Shown here in pieces: positions 60,344 through 64,000 of a stretch of DNA of 64,000 nt; positions within the stretch are counted from its first letter, which is position 1; the number at the start of each line of letters is the position of its first letter. Under the pieces are notes generated by a model. The model saw only the letters and a list, made by a program, of their open reading frames with translations, was not told where the DNA came from and did no database searches. Origin of the DNA: a virus (lineage: Duplodnaviria; Caudoviricetes). The DNA lies in IMG/VR virus record IMGVR_UViG_3300028374_000002, positions 1 to 64,000 of that record. One strand, given 5' to 3'. A program made the position numbers and the translations under genes.

Positions 60344-60583
60344 ATGGTAAGATACTTTTGTGATAAATGTAAAAAAGATACTAAAGGGAATAGACTATTA
60401 ACTATCCCTATTTATAGACATATTAAAGACGACAATCCTTTAGATGGGTATTCTGTTATTAATGATGATGGTAATCTAGAACAGATTAGTGGAGTGAGTG
60501 ATGATATAGACCTTTGTATCACTTGTTATAATGTTGTGATGAAACCAATGTGGAATTCTATAAAAAATGAAATAAATGGATAA
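60344..60583 (+). CDS. Small Zn-finger protein
   Basis: FCDKC..DLCITC. Confidence 0.7.
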   Translation: MVRYFCDKCKKDTKGNRLLTIPIYRHIKDDNPLDGYSVINDDGNLEQISGVSDDIDLCITCYNVVMKPMWNSIKNEING

Positions 60584-61388
60584 TTATATTAAGACACCTT
60601 TTAATTATACAGGTAGTAAATTTAAGATACTAAATCAGATAATACCAGAGATGGATTATAATAAGCCATACTTTTGTGACTTATTTTGTGGTGGTGGTTC
60701 TGTTTATACAAATATACTAGAACATTACGACAAAATATTAGCAAATGATATAATAGAAGATTTAATAGACATACATAAGCTTATATTAGTAGATGATAGC
60801 ATCATAGAAGATACAAAAGCATTATGTCCTGGTAAAGATAACAAAGAAGGATTTCTGTCGCTTAGAAGCTCTTATAATGAACATAAAACACCTTCTAAAT
60901 TATGGGCATTAATGCTATCATCAACAAATAATATGATGAGATTCAATAAGAAATTTCTATACAATCAAACTTATGGGAATAGGGGATGGAATCCTAACAC
61001 AGATAATAAAGTTAATGAGTTCAAAACAGAATTAAGAAAATATGGACATAAGATAAGATATACTTCTAAAAGCTTTAGTGATGTTAAAATATCATCTGAT
61101 AAAGTAATGTTATATTGTGATCCACCATATTCAAATACAGAAGCTGGTTATAATGCTTATTGGGAAAAGGATGATGACCAGAAGCTATATGAATATCTGA
61201 AAAATATAGATTCGAGTGGTTCTTCATTTATGGTTTCTGGTTCTTTAAAACATGATAATAAATCTTGCTTTTTACTAGATGAATTAATAAAGGATGGTTA
61301 TTCAGTAAAAAAGATAGAACACAATTATAACAAAGTATCTAGAAGCGGTAATAAGAAGACAGAGGAAATAATTATAATAAACTACTAG
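60576..61388 (+). CDS. Dam-like N6-adenine DNA methyltransferase
   Basis: PFNYTGSK, DLFCGGGSV, LYCDPPY. Confidence 0.92.
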   Translation: MDNYIKTPFNYTGSKFKILNQIIPEMDYNKPYFCDLFCGGGSVYTNILEHYDKILANDIIEDLIDIHKLILVDDSIIEDTKALCPGKDNKEGFLSLRSSYNEHKTPSKLWALMLSSTNNMMRFNKKFLYNQTYGNRGWNPNTDNKVNEFKTELRKYGHKIRYTSKSFSDVKISSDKVMLYCDPPYSNTEAGYNAYWEKDDDQKLYEYLKNIDSSGSSFMVSGSLKHDNKSCFLLDELIKDGYSVKKIEHNYNKVSRSGNKKTEEIIIINY

Positions 61389-61410
61389 GGATATATTAAA
61401 TAGTTTAATT

Positions 61411-61419
61411 TAATATATA
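61411..61419 (+). promoter_or_regulatory. TAATATATA motif at the head of the right LRR array
   Basis: taatatatactctatg, identical to the head of the left array. Confidence 0.65.
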
Positions 61420-61423
61420 CTCT

Positions 61424-62155
61424 ATGAAACACATAAAATCTTACAAGATATTCGAGAGTGCTAGTCCTAACTTCCCAACTACAAGAGAGGAAGTTATAGA
61501 AGTTTGTGAAAAATATAAAATAGAAAAATATAGTATTAATGATGATTTAAGTATTGATGTTGATGGTGATGTTTATTTAGATGGTCAAAGCTTAGAATAC
61601 TTACCACTTAAATTTAATTATATAGAGGGTAGCTTTGATTGTCATTTTAATGAATTAAAATCATTAGAGGGTTGTCCAGAAAAAGTGGGTGGAACTTTTA
61701 ACTGTTCTTTTAATCAATTAAAAACATTAGAAGGTAGCCCACGAACAATAAATGGTCGTTTTAGTTGTTCTAATAATGAATTAAAAACATTAGAATTTAG
61801 CCCACAAACAGTAGGTGGTACTTTTCGTTGTATACATAATGAATTAAAGACATTAAAAGGTAGCCCACAAACAGTAGGTGGTAATTTTTCTTGTTCTCAT
61901 AATGAATTAAAAGATTTAGAACATTTCCCAGAAGTAAATAGTAGAATAGACATATTTGAAAACACAGTAAATTTATTAGTGTATACCTTTATTAAAAAAG
62001 CTGATAGCTTTATGATAGAAGACTTTGTAGATTATGAAATAGTCAGAAACAGAGATACTGTTATGCTAGATAGGCTTCAAACTTTTATAAGAGATAACGA
62101 TTTAGAAATGCCTGATTTGGAAGAAATTAAAAAAGAATATAAAATAATAGAATAG
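61424..62155 (+). CDS. LRR paralogue, 4 repeats
   Basis: Same architecture as left array. Confidence 0.9.
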   Translation: MKHIKSYKIFESASPNFPTTREEVIEVCEKYKIEKYSINDDLSIDVDGDVYLDGQSLEYLPLKFNYIEGSFDCHFNELKSLEGCPEKVGGTFNCSFNQLKTLEGSPRTINGRFSCSNNELKTLEFSPQTVGGTFRCIHNELKTLKGSPQTVGGNFSCSHNELKDLEHFPEVNSRIDIFENTVNLLVYTFIKKADSFMIEDFVDYEIVRNRDTVMLDRLQTFIRDNDLEMPDLEEIKKEYKIIE

Positions 62156-62156
62156 A

Positions 62157-62888
62157 ATGAAACATATAAAACCTTATAAAATATTCGAGAATAAAAGTCC
62201 TAACTTCCCAACTACAAGAGAGGAAGTTATACAAGTGTGTGAAAAGTATGAAATAGAAAATTATACCATAAACGATGATTTAAGTATTGGTGTTGATGGT
62301 AGTGTATATTTAGAGAAGAAAAAATTAGAATACTTACCACTTAAATTTAATTATGTGAGTGGTACATTTATATGTTCTAGTAATAAATTAAAGTCATTAG
62401 AAGGTTGTCCACAAACAGTAAGTGGTAGTTTTTATTGCTTTAATAATAAACTAGAATCATTAGAAGGTAGTCCACAAACAGTAAATGGGGATTTTTATTG
62501 CTTTAATAATAATTTAAAAACATTAAAAGGGTGTCCACAAACAGTAAATGGTAATTTCAGTTGTGACAATAATGAATTAAAATCATTAAAAGGTTGCCCA
62601 CAAACAGTAAATGGTAATTTTGGCTGTAAAGATAATGAATTAAAAGACTTAGAACATTTTCCAGAAGTAAATGGTATTATAGACATAAGGGGAAATCCAG
62701 TAAATCTCTTAACATATACCTTTATCAAAAATGCTGATAGCTTTATGATAGAAGATTTTAACGACTATGAAATAGTTAGAAATAGAGATACTGTTATGTT
62801 AGATAGATTAAAAACCTTCATAGAAGGATTTGATTTAGAAATGCCTAATTTGGAAGAAATTAAAAAGCACTATAAAATAATAGAATAA
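62157..62888 (+). CDS. LRR paralogue, 4 repeats
   Basis: Same architecture. Confidence 0.9.
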   Translation: MKHIKPYKIFENKSPNFPTTREEVIQVCEKYEIENYTINDDLSIGVDGSVYLEKKKLEYLPLKFNYVSGTFICSSNKLKSLEGCPQTVSGSFYCFNNKLESLEGSPQTVNGDFYCFNNNLKTLKGCPQTVNGNFSCDNNELKSLKGCPQTVNGNFGCKDNELKDLEHFPEVNGIIDIRGNPVNLLTYTFIKNADSFMIEDFNDYEIVRNRDTVMLDRLKTFIEGFDLEMPNLEEIKKHYKIIE

Positions 62889-62890
62889 AC

Positions 62891-63622
62891 ATGAAACACA
62901 TAAAACCTTACAAAATATTTGAGAGTGCTGAGCCTAACTTCCCAACTACAAGAGAAGAAGTTATAAAGGTATGTAGAAGATATAAAATATATAGCTACAC
63001 TATTAATGATGATTTAAGTATTGATGTTGATGGTGATGTTGAATTATATAGTAAAAATTTAGAATACTTACCGCTTAAATTTAATTATGTAAATGGTTAT
63101 TTTAATTGTGATTATAACAACTTAAAAACATTAGAAGGGTGTCCACAAACGGTAGATGGGGTTTTTGATTGCTCTCAAAATGAATTAAAATCATTAAAAG
63201 GTTGCCCACAAACAATAGGAATGGATTTTTATTGTAGCTTTAATGAATTAGAAACACTAGAAGGTAGTCCATCAGTAGTGAATGCTAATTTTCTATGTGA
63301 TGATAATGAATTAACGACATTAAAAGGTTGTCCACAAACAGTAAGTGGTGGCTTTAACTGTAAATTTAATAAATTAACAGATTTGGAACACTTCCCAGAA
63401 GTAAATGGTATTATAGCCATAAGGGGAAATCCAGTAGATTTATTAGTACATACTTTTATCGAAACTGCTGATAGCTTTATGATCGAAGATTTTGTAGATT
63501 ATGAGATTGTTAGAAATGGTGATACTGTTATGTTAGATAGACTTCAGACCTTCATTAGGGATAACGATTTAGAAATGCCTAACTTGGAAGACATCAAAGA
63601 ACACTATAAAATAATAGAATAG
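62891..63622 (+). CDS. LRR paralogue, 4 repeats
   Basis: Same architecture. Confidence 0.9.
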   Translation: MKHIKPYKIFESAEPNFPTTREEVIKVCRRYKIYSYTINDDLSIDVDGDVELYSKNLEYLPLKFNYVNGYFNCDYNNLKTLEGCPQTVDGVFDCSQNELKSLKGCPQTIGMDFYCSFNELETLEGSPSVVNANFLCDDNELTTLKGCPQTVSGGFNCKFNKLTDLEHFPEVNGIIAIRGNPVDLLVHTFIETADSFMIEDFVDYEIVRNGDTVMLDRLQTFIRDNDLEMPNLEDIKEHYKIIE

Positions 63623-63623
63623 A

Positions 63624-64000
63624 ATGAAACATATAAAACCCTATAAAATATTCGAGAGTGTTAGTCATAACTTCCCAACTACAAGAGAGGAAGTTGTAAA
63701 AGTGTGTGAATATTACAAAATAGAAAATTACACTATTAATGATGATTTAAGTATTGATGTTGATGGATCTATTGGCTTATATAATAAAAATTTAGAACAC
63801 TTGCCACTTAAATTTAACTATGTAGATGGTGGTTTTCATTGTAATCGTAATAAATTAAAATCATTAGAAGGTTGTCCAAAAACAGTAAATGGTGATTTTT
63901 ATTGCTTTACTAATGAATTAGAGACATTAGAAGGTTGTCCGCAAACAGTAGGTGGTGATTTTTATTGCTTTACTAATGAATTAAAAGACTTAGAACATTT
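63624..64000 (+). CDS. LRR paralogue, 2 repeats, truncated by window end
   Basis: My translation: MKHIKPYKIFESVSHNFPTT..two repeats..LKDLEH. Confidence 0.9.
   Translation, partial: MKHIKPYKIFESVSHNFPTTREEVVKVCEYYKIENYTINDDLSIDVDGSIGLYNKNLEHLPLKFNYVDGGFHCNRNKLKSLEGCPKTVNGDFYCFTNELETLEGCPQTVGGDFYCFTNELKDLEH

Larger units (their letters stand above)
61424..64000 (+). repeat. Right tandem array of LRR genes (at least 4 units)
   Basis: About 733-bp units with 1-2 nt spacers. Confidence 0.95.

Noticed and set aside
61424-64000. CRISPR array
   Set aside because: The 63-nt periodicity is in-frame coding repeat with degenerate units, and there are no cas genes.
1-64000. Stop-codon reassignment
   Set aside because: Conserved genes are full length in the standard code and TAG ends LRR paralogues at the position where others use TAA. 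Only one in-frame TGA was found.
1-64000. Bacterial chromosome or integrated prophage
   Set aside because: No integrase or att site, no bacterial housekeeping operons, and T4-like replication genes with many small unknown ORFs throughout. The host-like genes are embedded singly among phage genes.

Overview
AT-rich, densely coding segment that reads as part of a jumbo/huge tailed-phage genome: T4-like type II topoisomerase, RNase H/flap nuclease, Rnl1-type RNA ligase and free-standing homing endonucleases, with no bacterial housekeeping operons. The host is most likely Bacteroidota (Flavobacteriaceae-like), from about 13 TAnnTTTG promoters, no obvious Shine-Dalgarno sites, and a T9SS cargo gene with a PID-CTERM neighbour. 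It also carries DnaK/DnaJ/GrpE, TrxB, NusG, an M42 peptidase and three DNA methyltransferases. Main observations: (1) two outward-facing tandem arrays of LRR paralogues at the window ends, with 2-6 variable 21-aa repeats and near-identical tracts shared between arrays; (2) two portable peptide tags on unrelated proteins, an N-terminal leader like the T4 capsid-targeting sequence that tracks a TAATATATA motif, and a C-terminal R-x-x-[KR]-[LI]-x-x-[LI]-L tail on 12 proteins, mostly in host-promoter operons; (3) a topoisomerase large-subunit gene fractured at EGD|SA by a split intein, with a nested endonuclease and a duplicated block B in the N-intein; (4) a tRNA-Gln(UUG)-like gene with a 43-nt insert in the anticodon loop; (5) an S4 plus ValRS-arm fusion and a candidate structured ncRNA. 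All family calls come from motif recognition by eye; no database search was run.
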